Shown here: positions 20,253 through 29,952 of the stretch, piece by piece
Position numbering within the stretch: position 1 is the stretch's first letter
Layout: every line of letters begins with the position of its first letter
Source: Promethearchaeota archaeon
GTDB taxonomy: Archaea > Asgardarchaeota > Lokiarchaeia > Sigyniarchaeales > SOKP01
Assembly: GCA_048937405.1 (NCBI GenBank)
Contig: JBHLNF010000004.1
Location: 192,001-256,000 of the forward strand
Direction: 5' to 3'
Length of the DNA: 64,000 nt
Position numbers and translations under genes: made by a program
Notes under the pieces: model-generated
Database searches by the model: none
The model's input: only the letters and a program-made list of their open reading frames with translations
Told to the model about the DNA's origin: nothing

Positions 20253-21113
20253 TCACTTACAATCTTCAGAATGCTGGAGATTAATTTTTATAAATGCTTC
20301 TTCCTGAGTATTCCGTTGTTTAGATTTTACGGATCGATTTACTTGATGTAGATGTTTCATCGCGTTATTTTTTCCTTCCTTTATGTTTTCAATTAATTCT
20401 TCCTTACTAAATCCACCAGATATAACTAGTGCTGTTTGAAAAGTATGATTGGGTTCTAATGTCATAAATTTTATTTGTAATGCTGATAAAAGTTCGCCTT
20501 GTCCTTTATATAACGTATTGGAAAGGCTCATACTATTCTGATTGATTGCGAAATCTTTTGTTAAGCATGACTCGTAGTTTGTAGATTTTGAAATTGGTGA
20601 AAATCCTCCATATAAGCCTGTTTCATCATATTGGTAAATTATATCATTTTCTTGATCATAACCAGACATATCATTATCATAACCAGCAAGGCCATTAATA
20701 TCAAAATCAAAGACAAAATAAATTGAAAAATCTTTTAGAGAATAATCAGAAATATTTTTTATCGTAAAAAAAGTATTAATATAGGGAATATGAGGTGGAT
20801 TGAAGATGTCTTTGTAGACTCGAACAAATTGCTTTTCTTCATTAGGTATTGATTTTAATTTGTGTTCCCTAACCAATTTCTTGAGATACTCTGTAATATT
20901 AAAATCTAAAGTTATTCTACTTAAAGCAATCCCAGTACGGGTATTAACTAAATTATAAATTGGTGTTGATTCAATACTTTTTAAAATCACTGGAATTATT
21001 CCGATTTTCGCTCCCTTTAGTTTAAAACTGAACCAAGGACCAGTTAATTCTTGTTCACTAAGATAAATCAAATATTTTCCCTTATATGTAAGTTCTTTAA
21101 TTGAAAATCCCAT
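20253..21113 (-). CDS. Hypothetical protein
   Basis: 286-aa ORF directly downstream of the roadblock-GTPase gene; no recognised motif. Confidence 0.7.
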   Translation of the reverse strand: MGFSIKELTYKGKYLIYLSEQELTGPWFSFKLKGAKIGIIPVILKSIESTPIYNLVNTRTGIALSRITLDFNITEYLKKLVREHKLKSIPNEEKQFVRVYKDIFNPPHIPYINTFFTIKNISDYSLKDFSIYFVFDFDINGLAGYDNDMSGYDQENDIIYQYDETGLYGGFSPISKSTNYESCLTKDFAINQNSMSLSNTLYKGQGELLSALQIKFMTLEPNHTFQTALVISGGFSKEELIENIKEGKNNAMKHLHQVNRSVKSKQRNTQEEAFIKINLQHSEDCK

Positions 21114-21280
21114 GATATATCCAGCAACGTTTCATGTGGCAAAAATTTCATTGAATAATACTTTTAAGACTATTTTCTGTAAACCTCCTTATTTTAATTT
21201 TATTTCCCAAATAATTTTTCAGATAATTTATCATTTATTTAATAGAATTATAATTTATAAAAGAGTTTGAAATAAAAAGA

Positions 21281-22264
21281 TTAAAGAGATTCAATAACTC
21301 TGTATGCAATATATAAAAAAGAATCATTAACATTTTCACCTGTTAAAGCTGACGTTAAAATATAGTGGAATCCATATTGTTTAGCAACATTCTTCAAATC
21401 TTCTTCAGTTACCACAAGTTCATCAACCAAATCGGATTTATTTCCAACTATTACAATAGGAATATTTCTTGGAACAGATTTCTTGATATCATAATACCAT
21501 GTTTCGATACTTTTTAAAGCATCTGATCGAGTTCTATCTAGTACGATCAATGCAGCATTAGCACCATTGTAGAAATTTGCTCTATAAGGTGCCATTTGTT
21601 GAACTTGACCTCCTATATCCCAAATTATAAAATTAAATTTAGTTTGTTCACTAAGGTTCACTGTTTTTTTACTAATTTGAACTCCTATAGTAGAAATGTA
21701 ATCATGGTCAAATTTATTTTCCACATATCGTCTAATTAATGATGTTTTGCCCACTTGATTATCTCCACATAGTATTAGTTTATTTGAATATTCTCTCTTC
21801 ATATTAGGGAGTTGACCTCCACGTGTTTTTGCCAATGCTTTAATAATTTCGGGAATTTTTGGTGAAACCTCCTCATTTGTCGAAAGTATCAATTCTATCT
21901 TCGAAGCAATATGTTCAGAATATACTTTTAATTCTATATCGGTAGTTTCCTGATCTGCTACTGTAGATACAATTGAATTTGGCCCCATTGAACTAAAGAC
22001 AAACTTTTTATTACCTGTAGACGTGATATTGAAAAAATTATCAGAAGCACCAAATTCTGATTGAATCCTGTCAATATATGAATCAAGCATAGCAGAAAGA
22101 GCACCAATGATTTCATCGGATTCATCTTCATTTTCTTGTTTCGATTTTGATGCTATTATAAAGCCATTCCTGTCACAGATTGCTACCCCCAAAAGTCCTT
22201 CTATTTCTTCAAAATAATTTTCTAAAATTTCTTTTAGTAGGTGAGAACTTGGAAGTCGTTCCAT
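21281..22264 (-). CDS. Roadblock/LC7 domain fused to a Rab/Ras-like small GTPase
   Basis: N-term GLLGVAICDRNGFIIAS...IIGALSAML; C-term GDNQVGKTS, YISTIG, WDIGGQ, NKSD, TSAL. Confidence 0.9.
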   Translation of the reverse strand: MERLPSSHLLKEILENYFEEIEGLLGVAICDRNGFIIASKSKQENEDESDEIIGALSAMLDSYIDRIQSEFGASDNFFNITSTGNKKFVFSSMGPNSIVSTVADQETTDIELKVYSEHIASKIELILSTNEEVSPKIPEIIKALAKTRGGQLPNMKREYSNKLILCGDNQVGKTSLIRRYVENKFDHDYISTIGVQISKKTVNLSEQTKFNFIIWDIGGQVQQMAPYRANFYNGANAALIVLDRTRSDALKSIETWYYDIKKSVPRNIPIVIVGNKSDLVDELVVTEEDLKNVAKQYGFHYILTSALTGENVNDSFLYIAYRVIESL

Positions 22265-22386
22265 AATTAATCAAACTTCGAGTTTATTATATTAAGAATA
22301 TAAGATCTCTAAATAATAAATATATTCATTTAGATATTATTTTAGTCATATTTCTGAAGATATCACCATAGTATATCATTTTTTAT

Positions 22387-22578
22387 TTGAAATTTCAACT
22401 AATTTTAAGTATGATAGAAAATGTATCAAATGAGTCAGAAATTATAGATTATGAGGAAAGTATTGCTGAAATCTTAGACCGAGCAGTCAATTTGTTTAGA
22501 AAAACAAATCTCACAGAATTAGCAGATAAATGGGATCGAATCTTAAAAACCTATAATTTAAGAAAAAGAAATCAATAG
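22387..22578 (+). CDS. Small hypothetical protein (start may be ATG 22411)
   Basis: Short acidic helical ORF in the gap between a divergent and a convergent gene. Confidence 0.4.
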   Translation: MKFQLILSMIENVSNESEIIDYEESIAEILDRAVNLFRKTNLTELADKWDRILKTYNLRKRNQ

Positions 22579-22593
22579 AGCAACGCTTTTAAA

Positions 22594-24510
22594 TCAGTTA
22601 TTTAGAGCGTCCATATAATTCAGAATATATTTTCGGTTACTTTCAGATATTTCATATAGATCAAAAACTAAATCGTCAAGTTTCTTCTGAAGAAGTTTCA
22701 TATTATTAAAATTATTAAGAATTTTTTTAACCAATTCTACTATTTTTTTTGCCTTTTGCCTACATTTATCAGAAATTGGAATTTTAATTGGAAATTCCTC
22801 AATTTTTTCAATTAATATTCTTGGGAATAATTTTTTATAAGTACCGAATGATTTTATGAAGAAATATGATAAAAGCATGGAATTTATTATTCCCAGTAAG
22901 TAAAAATGATTAAATTCAGAAATGGGGGATTTCTTGATTTTTAAATTGTAAAATGACTGAGATGTGAAAGATAATTTTTCCACATATGTAGCGCATATCA
23001 TATTTTCTTGGTTTAACTGTCTAATAACTATTCTATCTTCATATAGACTTAATTTTTTATAATTTATTCCAATTTTAGATATATCAATATATTTATATTT
23101 AATTTGCTGATATCGTCTAATTGAGTATAAAAATGGTTTATATTTATCAATAAATGAATCTTTTGGAAGTTTGTCGTAAATAATTTTTTCAGTTTTTTCC
23201 TTCTTCAAAAGTGAATTACATTCGCGACACTTTAATAAATCTTTAGGAACTGGTAAATATTTTTTACATTTTTCACAGTATATTATTTCTCCTGTTTTAG
23301 TTAACTCAACTCCTCGACTTAATAAAAATATATAATCATTTTTAGTGTTTAATTCCTTCAATTTAATGAAATTTGTTGCTAAATACTCTTTTATTGAGAT
23401 ATCTACCTTGTTTAAATGAATTAAAAATTTAAAGTTCCATTTTTCAATTTCTACCTGCGGGATTGTCTTTTCTCTCTCATTAGTATCTTTAATGATAATA
23501 TGGTTTCTGTTTCTTTCCATTAAATTACATTCTTTCTCTAAAATAATAATGATATTTGAAACTACAGGATCACTAAATTTTGGACCGGAATGATAAATTT
23601 CTTTAATTTTAGTATTATTATATATAAATTTACGAATGATAGATCGATTTGATAAAGCTAAGAGTGAATCTGGAACTATATAACCTAATATACCATGAGG
23701 TTTAAGTAATCTTACTCCAAGTTCTATAAAAATCTGATAATAATCATACTGACCTTCATTGGTCCTGAAATCTTGATTTTCAATAATCTGTCTTTGATCA
23801 CGGGGAATATCCCTAATAAATAAATAAGGAGGATTTCCCACCACAAAGTCATACTTTTCGGAGTGATCTATTGCTAAAGCATTATTGTTTTCAATATTGA
23901 ATTTAGGTAAACAATAGTTTGAATCGGTTTTTCTTATCACTTTTAAAACATTAAATAATTCAAAATGAAGATTAATTTGACAAAGAATACATGCAATTTG
24001 ATTAATATCTATACCAAATACATTATTTCTAATTACTAAAATTACATTCTTAGCTTCTTTCGATGATAATTCACTAACTTCCCTCTTGTCATAAATTTCA
24101 AGGTATTTTCTAACTAGCCGTCTTACCACTTGAATGATAAAGCTTCCAGAACCACAACTAATATCAATAACTTTTTTAGTTTCAATATTATTTAGACTAT
24201 TATAACCAGAAGCATCTAATATATATTCTACAACTGAAATGGGTGTGTAGAATTCACCAAATTTTTTCTTTTTTTTATCATTTCGCTGTTTTTCATATAA
24301 ATTACTAATAATATCAATTTCTGAATATTTAATATCATCAGAATTTCCTTTTTTTTTTAATCCTACTTTATTCTTTTTTGATAAAATAAGATTTTTATAA
24401 ATCTCATCAAAAAATAATTGCTCAGATTTGTCTCTGTAGTTATATTTATAATATTTTTTTACTTTTTCTATGATGTTTTCCTTTTTCAGATATTGAACAA
24501 AATTTAACAT
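22594..24510 (-). CDS. N6-adenine DNA methyltransferase, gamma class (Eco57I/TaqI-like) with target-recognition domain
   Basis: GEFYTP, DISCGSGSF, VGNPPY; C-terminal LLGIINS.L TaqI_C-like region; CEKC..CREC insert. Confidence 0.85.
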   Translation of the reverse strand: MLNFVQYLKKENIIEKVKKYYKYNYRDKSEQLFFDEIYKNLILSKKNKVGLKKKGNSDDIKYSEIDIISNLYEKQRNDKKKKKFGEFYTPISVVEYILDASGYNSLNNIETKKVIDISCGSGSFIIQVVRRLVRKYLEIYDKREVSELSSKEAKNVILVIRNNVFGIDINQIACILCQINLHFELFNVLKVIRKTDSNYCLPKFNIENNNALAIDHSEKYDFVVGNPPYLFIRDIPRDQRQIIENQDFRTNEGQYDYYQIFIELGVRLLKPHGILGYIVPDSLLALSNRSIIRKFIYNNTKIKEIYHSGPKFSDPVVSNIIIILEKECNLMERNRNHIIIKDTNEREKTIPQVEIEKWNFKFLIHLNKVDISIKEYLATNFIKLKELNTKNDYIFLLSRGVELTKTGEIIYCEKCKKYLPVPKDLLKCRECNSLLKKEKTEKIIYDKLPKDSFIDKYKPFLYSIRRYQQIKYKYIDISKIGINYKKLSLYEDRIVIRQLNQENMICATYVEKLSFTSQSFYNLKIKKSPISEFNHFYLLGIINSMLLSYFFIKSFGTYKKLFPRILIEKIEEFPIKIPISDKCRQKAKKIVELVKKILNNFNNMKLLQKKLDDLVFDLYEISESNRKYILNYMDALNN

Positions 24511-24725
24511 TCGAAATCATAGGTTAAATCCTATTTTTTTAAAATAAAACACAAGAGTTTATTTTCTTTTTTATTTGTAATTTAATATATTTTAATAAAT
24601 AATGTATTAACATAGGTTAATTGAAGAAATGAGAATTTTAATTTAAATAAATGAAATAATAACAAACTTAGATAAATATAAATTATAATTTTTTTGTTAG
24701 TTAATCAGGGATTCATGAATAAACT

Positions 24726-25823
24726 ATGATAGTAAATATCTTCATAATTATTATATCAACTATAATTTCATTAATTGGAATATTTTATGTCTGTCTTAAT
24801 CGAGCGAATTTCGGTAATTCACTCACTTTTTTTTTAACTAACACTGTATTCCTATTTATGGAAATTTTTTTTCTGGGATCGTTTCTCTTCTCTTCTAATA
24901 TTAATCTTAATGAGAATATCGCCCTAGGTTTATGGAATTTTTCAATCATTTTTTGGGTATTCTCTATTGGTATCTTTAGTGTCTTACAGAAAATAATTAT
25001 TAGATTTGAAGAAAAAACAATTCTATATACACTCTTTTATTCATTAATTATTGGTATGATTGCAGGATTAGTTTTTTTTTCCAATTCAACTATAATAATT
25101 TCTGATAATGTATATTACAAATTCAGATTTGATAACTTATTGCTATTAAGTCTTCTTTTAATTTATAATCTAATCATAATACTTGTAATGTGTTATAATC
25201 TCATCAAGTATTTTTCCAGCATTCGCAACATTAAATCTCAACGAATAATTAGTATGATCACTATTCATTTTTCTTCTCTTATTTTCATATACTCAATGAA
25301 TATTATTACTCAAAATATTATATTCGTTTATATATATGCTATTGTATCTCTTGTAAATGAGATTTTAGCAGTGTATTACATAATTAAAAAATCCTTTCTT
25401 TTCATCGAATTTACTAATAAGATCCATGATTTCATTATATTCCACCGAAGTGGAATTCTATTATATTCCTATAATTTTGAAACTGGAGAAGAAACAGATG
25501 AGGCTCTCTTAAAAGGGTCAATACTCATTGGGATTAATCATATACTCTCCAATTTTATAGACAGAAAAGATCAACTTAATCTTATCAAAATGAAAAATAG
25601 AGATATTATCCTTGAATATGACAATATTCATGGGTATGCTCTTTTATTAACTACTAATCATAAAAATGCTTTTATTAATAAAGCGGTTAATAGTTTTATG
25701 ACAAAATTTTCTTCTATTAATGGGGAGATATTGAAAAATTTAACTGGCTTAATCGATGTTTCAGAATTTCGGAATGCAAAAGAAATTTTATTAGAAATTT
25801 TTGAACCTTTTTTAACAAAATAA
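24726..25823 (+). CDS. Multi-pass (about 7 TM) membrane protein with C-terminal longin-like domain
   Basis: Hydrophobic N-terminal ~220 aa, then IHDFIIFHRSGILLYSYNF...GSILIGINHILSNF. Confidence 0.75.
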   Translation: MIVNIFIIIISTIISLIGIFYVCLNRANFGNSLTFFLTNTVFLFMEIFFLGSFLFSSNINLNENIALGLWNFSIIFWVFSIGIFSVLQKIIIRFEEKTILYTLFYSLIIGMIAGLVFFSNSTIIISDNVYYKFRFDNLLLLSLLLIYNLIIILVMCYNLIKYFSSIRNIKSQRIISMITIHFSSLIFIYSMNIITQNIIFVYIYAIVSLVNEILAVYYIIKKSFLFIEFTNKIHDFIIFHRSGILLYSYNFETGEETDEALLKGSILIGINHILSNFIDRKDQLNLIKMKNRDIILEYDNIHGYALLLTTNHKNAFINKAVNSFMTKFSSINGEILKNLTGLIDVSEFRNAKEILLEIFEPFLTK

Positions 25824-26019
25824 TCATTTAATTAAAATTATAACTCAAAGTATAAATATCCTTAATATCATTTGTGTAATTCTGTTTTTCTAATATTAAA
25901 ATGATTAGAAAAAAATTTTTTTTAAATGCATATGTTTTTATTCAATAAGATTACATTATTTTTAATGGAAATCATATCAATTATAGATTAATAGAAAATA
26001 TTCTTAATTGAATTAAAAT

Positions 26020-27165
26020 ATGTCTGAAATTTTATATATAATACCTTTAATCATGAGTTTTATCATCCTGCAAAATGTTAGCATTTATACAATAATTTTT
26101 TTTTTTACTCATCATGAAAAATTTGGAATAAAGTTTAATGCAATATTAAATTCAATATCCATTTTTCATGCATGTATCATTTATTCAGGATTATATTTCA
26201 TTTCTGTAATCTTCTTCTTTTCTGAAGTTATTAATATTATTCTATGGAAAATTTCTCTTATATTTGGTTTTATTAGCTTAATGTGGATAGCTTTAATGTA
26301 TGCTTTCCTTAAGGAATTTAAAAAGATTCCATATTTTCCCTTTTTATATTTTATGATAGTCTTTGGGCTTTTATTAAGTTCCTTTATGATGCCTGATTCC
26401 ATTCAAGTTTCTGTAAATTATTCCAATTCGACTCCGTTTTTAATTATAGATGGTTCAAAAATAAATTATAAATTCAATTATATAACTGGATTACTCACTG
26501 GAATTTATCAAATATCTTTTGTGTTATACTTTATATATTTATCCTATGCAATTTTTAAAGAAGCAAGAAATAGAGCAGCTTTAAAAGGATTAATCCTCAT
26601 TTCATTTACCTTTATCTTCCCAATTCTAATGTTTATTTTTTATATTGCATTCCAATCATGGATTTTTAGAGAACTCTTTATTTTTTTATTATGGATTGAT
26701 TTAATCTCACTATGTTTAGTAATCATAAAGAAACCCGAAGTTTTTTCGGAATTAACAAATAAAATATATTATATCAATATTTATCATAAATCAGGTATCT
26801 TACTTTTCTCTTATAAATTTAAGAACATAAAAAATGAAGTTGATTCATCCATATGGGGAAATATTCTAATAGGGATTAATCACATATTATCTGAATTTGT
26901 ATATACTAAAGATCATATAGATGTGCTTCAAACTAAGAATTCAGATATAATTGTTAATTATGATAACTTAGGATTTGCTGTAGTTCTAATAACTAACCAT
27001 AAAAATGATATTATAAAAAAATTAATGGATAACTTCTCAAAAGAATTTCGTAATAAATTTAAAAGTGAGTTAACTGAAATTCAAGATCTTAATAAATTAA
27101 TTAATGTCTCCGAATTTAAAGAAACTAAGGATATCATAGAAAAAAACTTTCAAATATTTCTATGA
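26020..27165 (+). CDS. Multi-pass (about 7 TM) membrane protein with C-terminal longin-like domain, paralog of 24726..25823
   Basis: IYYINIYHKSGILLFSYKF...GNILIGINHILSEF...LINVSEFKE shared with the upstream paralog. Confidence 0.75.
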   Translation: MSEILYIIPLIMSFIILQNVSIYTIIFFFTHHEKFGIKFNAILNSISIFHACIIYSGLYFISVIFFFSEVINIILWKISLIFGFISLMWIALMYAFLKEFKKIPYFPFLYFMIVFGLLLSSFMMPDSIQVSVNYSNSTPFLIIDGSKINYKFNYITGLLTGIYQISFVLYFIYLSYAIFKEARNRAALKGLILISFTFIFPILMFIFYIAFQSWIFRELFIFLLWIDLISLCLVIIKKPEVFSELTNKIYYINIYHKSGILLFSYKFKNIKNEVDSSIWGNILIGINHILSEFVYTKDHIDVLQTKNSDIIVNYDNLGFAVVLITNHKNDIIKKLMDNFSKEFRNKFKSELTEIQDLNKLINVSEFKETKDIIEKNFQIFL

Positions 27166-27375
27166 GAAAAAAGATTCTTTAAATCAGCATTATATTAAGA
27201 ATTTAATATAGAATTTATAAAATATTATAAAAAAAAAGAACTTGTTTTATTTTCATTCTTTTAATTGATCAGAAAACTATTACTATCTAAACATTTAAAA
27301 AGTCAAATTTTTATGGATAAGCTCAGAGAATATAATAATAATCTTTATTAATAATTTGAGGAGTGTTTTTTTAAA

Positions 27376-27576
27376 ATGGAAGTAATTCAGGACCTTGAAT
27401 GGTCAAATGATTGGAAAGTAATTGTAGGTATTTTTGAAACTATTGATCTGCTTAAATCCTTATTTAAAAAATTAGATGTGCCATATTTAAGAGAATTACA
27501 ACAAAAAATGCTTATTTTAAATCTTGAAAAATATGCTTGGTCTTTGCAAAATTATATTATTGAGAAGTATTCTTAA
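27376..27576 (+). CDS. Small hypothetical protein
   Basis: GAGGAG SD upstream of ATG; 66 aa. Confidence 0.65.
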   Translation: MEVIQDLEWSNDWKVIVGIFETIDLLKSLFKKLDVPYLRELQQKMLILNLEKYAWSLQNYIIEKYS

Positions 27577-27730
27577 TCAGATATATATTTATAATTCTTT
27601 CTATAGAAAATATATAGGATAGTTGTTTCTATTTTTAAGCTCTGGCTAATATACTAGTATTTATTAAACCCTAGATAGATTTAATATCAATTTAATAAAT
27701 TAATAAAAATCAAAAAGAAAAAGTGTTAAT

Positions 27731-27883
27731 TTTAAAAGGAGTAAAGAACAGCACTTTGGTTTTAGTAAACGTCAAAAATGGAGTTTTGGAATTGGGTCTT
27801 TTGTTCAGTGGTTTATAAATACAGCATTTAATATATATGTTTTTGCCTAATATTTCATTGTCGTGGGATTGAATATTAACTAG
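27731..27883 (+). pseudogene. Remnant of an MFS/GPH transporter N-terminus
   Basis: KRSKEQHFGFSKRQKWSFGIGSFVQWFINTAFNIYVFA*YFIVVGLNIN*; no start codon, internal stop, truncated. Confidence 0.5.
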
Positions 27884-27902
27884 TATATGCTTGATATCGA
27901 AG

Positions 27903-28640
27903 TTAAAGATGATTAATATCTGCTAATTTTTTCTTAAAATTTTTAAAAAGTTCTATAAAATTAATTTTTATCATCAGATATGCCATAATAACAATGAAAT
28001 ATAGCGTAAGTATACTGATTACCCAATTTTCTCCTCCTAGCAGATTACATATGTCAAACAAGTTATAAGCAAATATTAACATTAATCCAAGTTTACCAAA
28101 CCATATCCAAAATATTGTTTTTTTCATGTCATATTTTATTAGACCTAAAGGAACGGTTATCACATCATCATTTAAGGGAGTAAGTCCAAAAAAATATATA
28201 AGAAGTGGAGCTATTTTTGGGTGATTTACTAAAAATTGTTGATATTGTTTCAAATTTTCATTTCTTTCAGTTGAAATCAATTCAGAAGTCCCCCTACCAA
28301 TTAAATATCCTCCCATTTCTCCAACTAAACTGCCTAATGAAGCTATAAATCCAATTAATAGAGGTATAAATATATTCATTTCTCGAAATGGTTTAGTACT
28401 AAAGCAAACTACAAAAGTATATGGTGTAGGAACTGGAATTAAATTCCCAATCAGACAAACCAAAAAAGTGATAATAAGACCAGAACCTAAATCTTGAAAT
28501 TGAGGATATCTTGAAATATTTTCTATAATTTCTCGATGAGAAGCATTAATTAGGAGATCAAAAGAAATAATTGTTAAAATTATTAAAAAAATTATAAAAA
28601 TAAAATCAATCTTTTTCAGCTTAATTTTAGGATTCACCAT
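27903..28640 (-). CDS. DedA/VTT (SNARE-associated) family membrane protein
   Basis: GNLIPVPTPY, GSLVGEMGGYLIGRG, FGLTPLNDD..VPLGL, GK motifs. Confidence 0.8.
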   Translation of the reverse strand: MVNPKIKLKKIDFIFIIFLIILTIISFDLLINASHREIIENISRYPQFQDLGSGLIITFLVCLIGNLIPVPTPYTFVVCFSTKPFREMNIFIPLLIGFIASLGSLVGEMGGYLIGRGTSELISTERNENLKQYQQFLVNHPKIAPLLIYFFGLTPLNDDVITVPLGLIKYDMKKTIFWIWFGKLGLMLIFAYNLFDICNLLGGENWVISILTLYFIVIMAYLMIKINFIELFKNFKKKLADINHL

Positions 28641-28697
28641 TTTTATGATATGTTAGGTAATAGATTTTAGAATAAATAAATAATATTTCAATTATAT

Positions 28698-28850
28698 TTA
28701 GGACATTGACGATAAGACAATAACAACACCAACGAATACATTAACAAAAAACGTTAGAACAATAAAAATAGTAAGGTTTCTTTTTCTTTTCTGTTTTTTC
28801 TTTAAAACTTCTTTATATTGCCGAGATGTTTTTCGCTTAACATGAGACAT
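28698..28850 (-). CDS. Small basic single-pass membrane protein (50 aa; below track cutoff)
   Basis: MSHVKRKTSRQYKEVLKKKQKRKRNLTIFIVLTFFVNVFVGVVIVLSSMS*, co-oriented between the gelsolin-like and DedA genes. Confidence 0.6.
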   Translation of the reverse strand: MSHVKRKTSRQYKEVLKKKQKRKRNLTIFIVLTFFVNVFVGVVIVLSSMS

Positions 28851-28882
28851 AGTATTCTATTTTAAATAATATAATTCTAGGA

Positions 28883-29578
28883 TTAATTGTTATTATTTTC
28901 AATTTTTTTTAAGAGTTCGGTCAGTACTACATTATTATATGAAAAAAGCATACGGGGAATATAATTTTCAGCTAAATAAGGACCATCCTCAACTTCCTCT
29001 TTTAATGGAAAAAGCTGTTTCTCCTTTATAACAGATCCTAAATAATTTCTATCATACTCTTTATAACCAAATATTTGATTTTTAACGATAACCATTTTTC
29101 TTTCATATCCTTCTGGAATACCCGCCTTCTCTAATAGTAAAAGTATTTTTTCTCTGGACAGAGATTCAAGTAATTCTAAATCTTCTTCAGTTCCTTCATA
29201 AGCAGGTCCTGTTTGAGCTTCAGTATTATCAATCTCCTTTTCAATACCCGCTAATATCTTAAATCCTAAAGTTTCATTACCCTCATCAACTGCAGCGATT
29301 TTAAAACCAATACCATATCTATCCCTAACGCTAGGCGCTAATTTAGCTGCTATAAACTTCATTCTTGTAGTTGTATTACTTCCATGCCAAATCCATACTC
29401 TATACCTGGTGGGATCAACAAAAAGTAAGATAAAATCAGGATCTAGTAATTCATATATTTCAATATCATCCGTTAACTCTAGTTCTTGAAAATCATTTAA
29501 TTGATCATTATATTGAAATACAATAATTTTTTCTTTATCCAATTCAAGTACAGTATCATCTGACATAATGGTGGCCAA
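28883..29578 (-). CDS. Single gelsolin-like domain protein with C-terminal extension
   Basis: LDPDFILLFVD...VWIWHGSNTTTRMKFIAAKLA...VDEGNETLGF matches the gelsolin repeat pattern. Confidence 0.78.
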   Translation of the reverse strand: MATIMSDDTVLELDKEKIIVFQYNDQLNDFQELELTDDIEIYELLDPDFILLFVDPTRYRVWIWHGSNTTTRMKFIAAKLAPSVRDRYGIGFKIAAVDEGNETLGFKILAGIEKEIDNTEAQTGPAYEGTEEDLELLESLSREKILLLLEKAGIPEGYERKMVIVKNQIFGYKEYDRNYLGSVIKEKQLFPLKEEVEDGPYLAENYIPRMLFSYNNVVLTELLKKIENNNN

Positions 29579-29722
29579 AAATTGTTCAATATATATTACT
29601 AAATAATTTTACTAATATATTATTCTTTGTAATTTAAATATAAAAGATTCTGTTATACTTAAAGTATTGGCTGATCTATGCGGGAAGGGAGATTTGAACT
29701 CCCGAACTCCTACGAGAATGGG

Positions 29723-29744
29723 TTTCAGGTCAGGGAAATTGACA
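29723..29744 (-). other. tRNA intron 2 (22 nt, position 38/39 by BHB geometry)
   Basis: Central helix TCAG/CTGA, bulges AA^T and AA^C, intron stem GTCA/TGAC. Confidence 0.85.
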
Positions 29745-29761
29745 TTCTGAGCCCATCGCCT

Positions 29762-29794
29762 ATAATCGGCTTTTGGATAGAAACATATCCACCT
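29762..29794 (-). other. tRNA intron 1 (33 nt, D-loop, BHB)
   Basis: Central helix GGTC/GATT, bulges AA^A and AT^A, internal hairpin TGGATA/TATCCA; removal gives GGTCAA-AGGCG. Confidence 0.85.
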
Positions 29795-29952
29795 TTGACC
29801 AAACTTGGCAATTCCCGCAAAGTTTTTGTTTTTATTCTTAGTTCTTTATATAGTTAACTATTGATTATTCAAAATTGTTAATAATTTTAACGATTTTTAC
29901 TTATATTCATAAGGAATGTAGTATAAAAATAATCCTTCATTCTTATGAGAAA

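Larger units (their letters stand above)
29679..29818 (-). tRNA. tRNA-Leu(CAG) with two introns (D-loop region and 38/39); CCA not encoded
   Basis: Acceptor GCGGGAA/TTCCCGC+A, anticodon arm ATGGG-CT-CAG-AA-CCCAT, long variable arm, T arm GGGAG-TTCAAAT-CTCCC. Confidence 0.93.
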
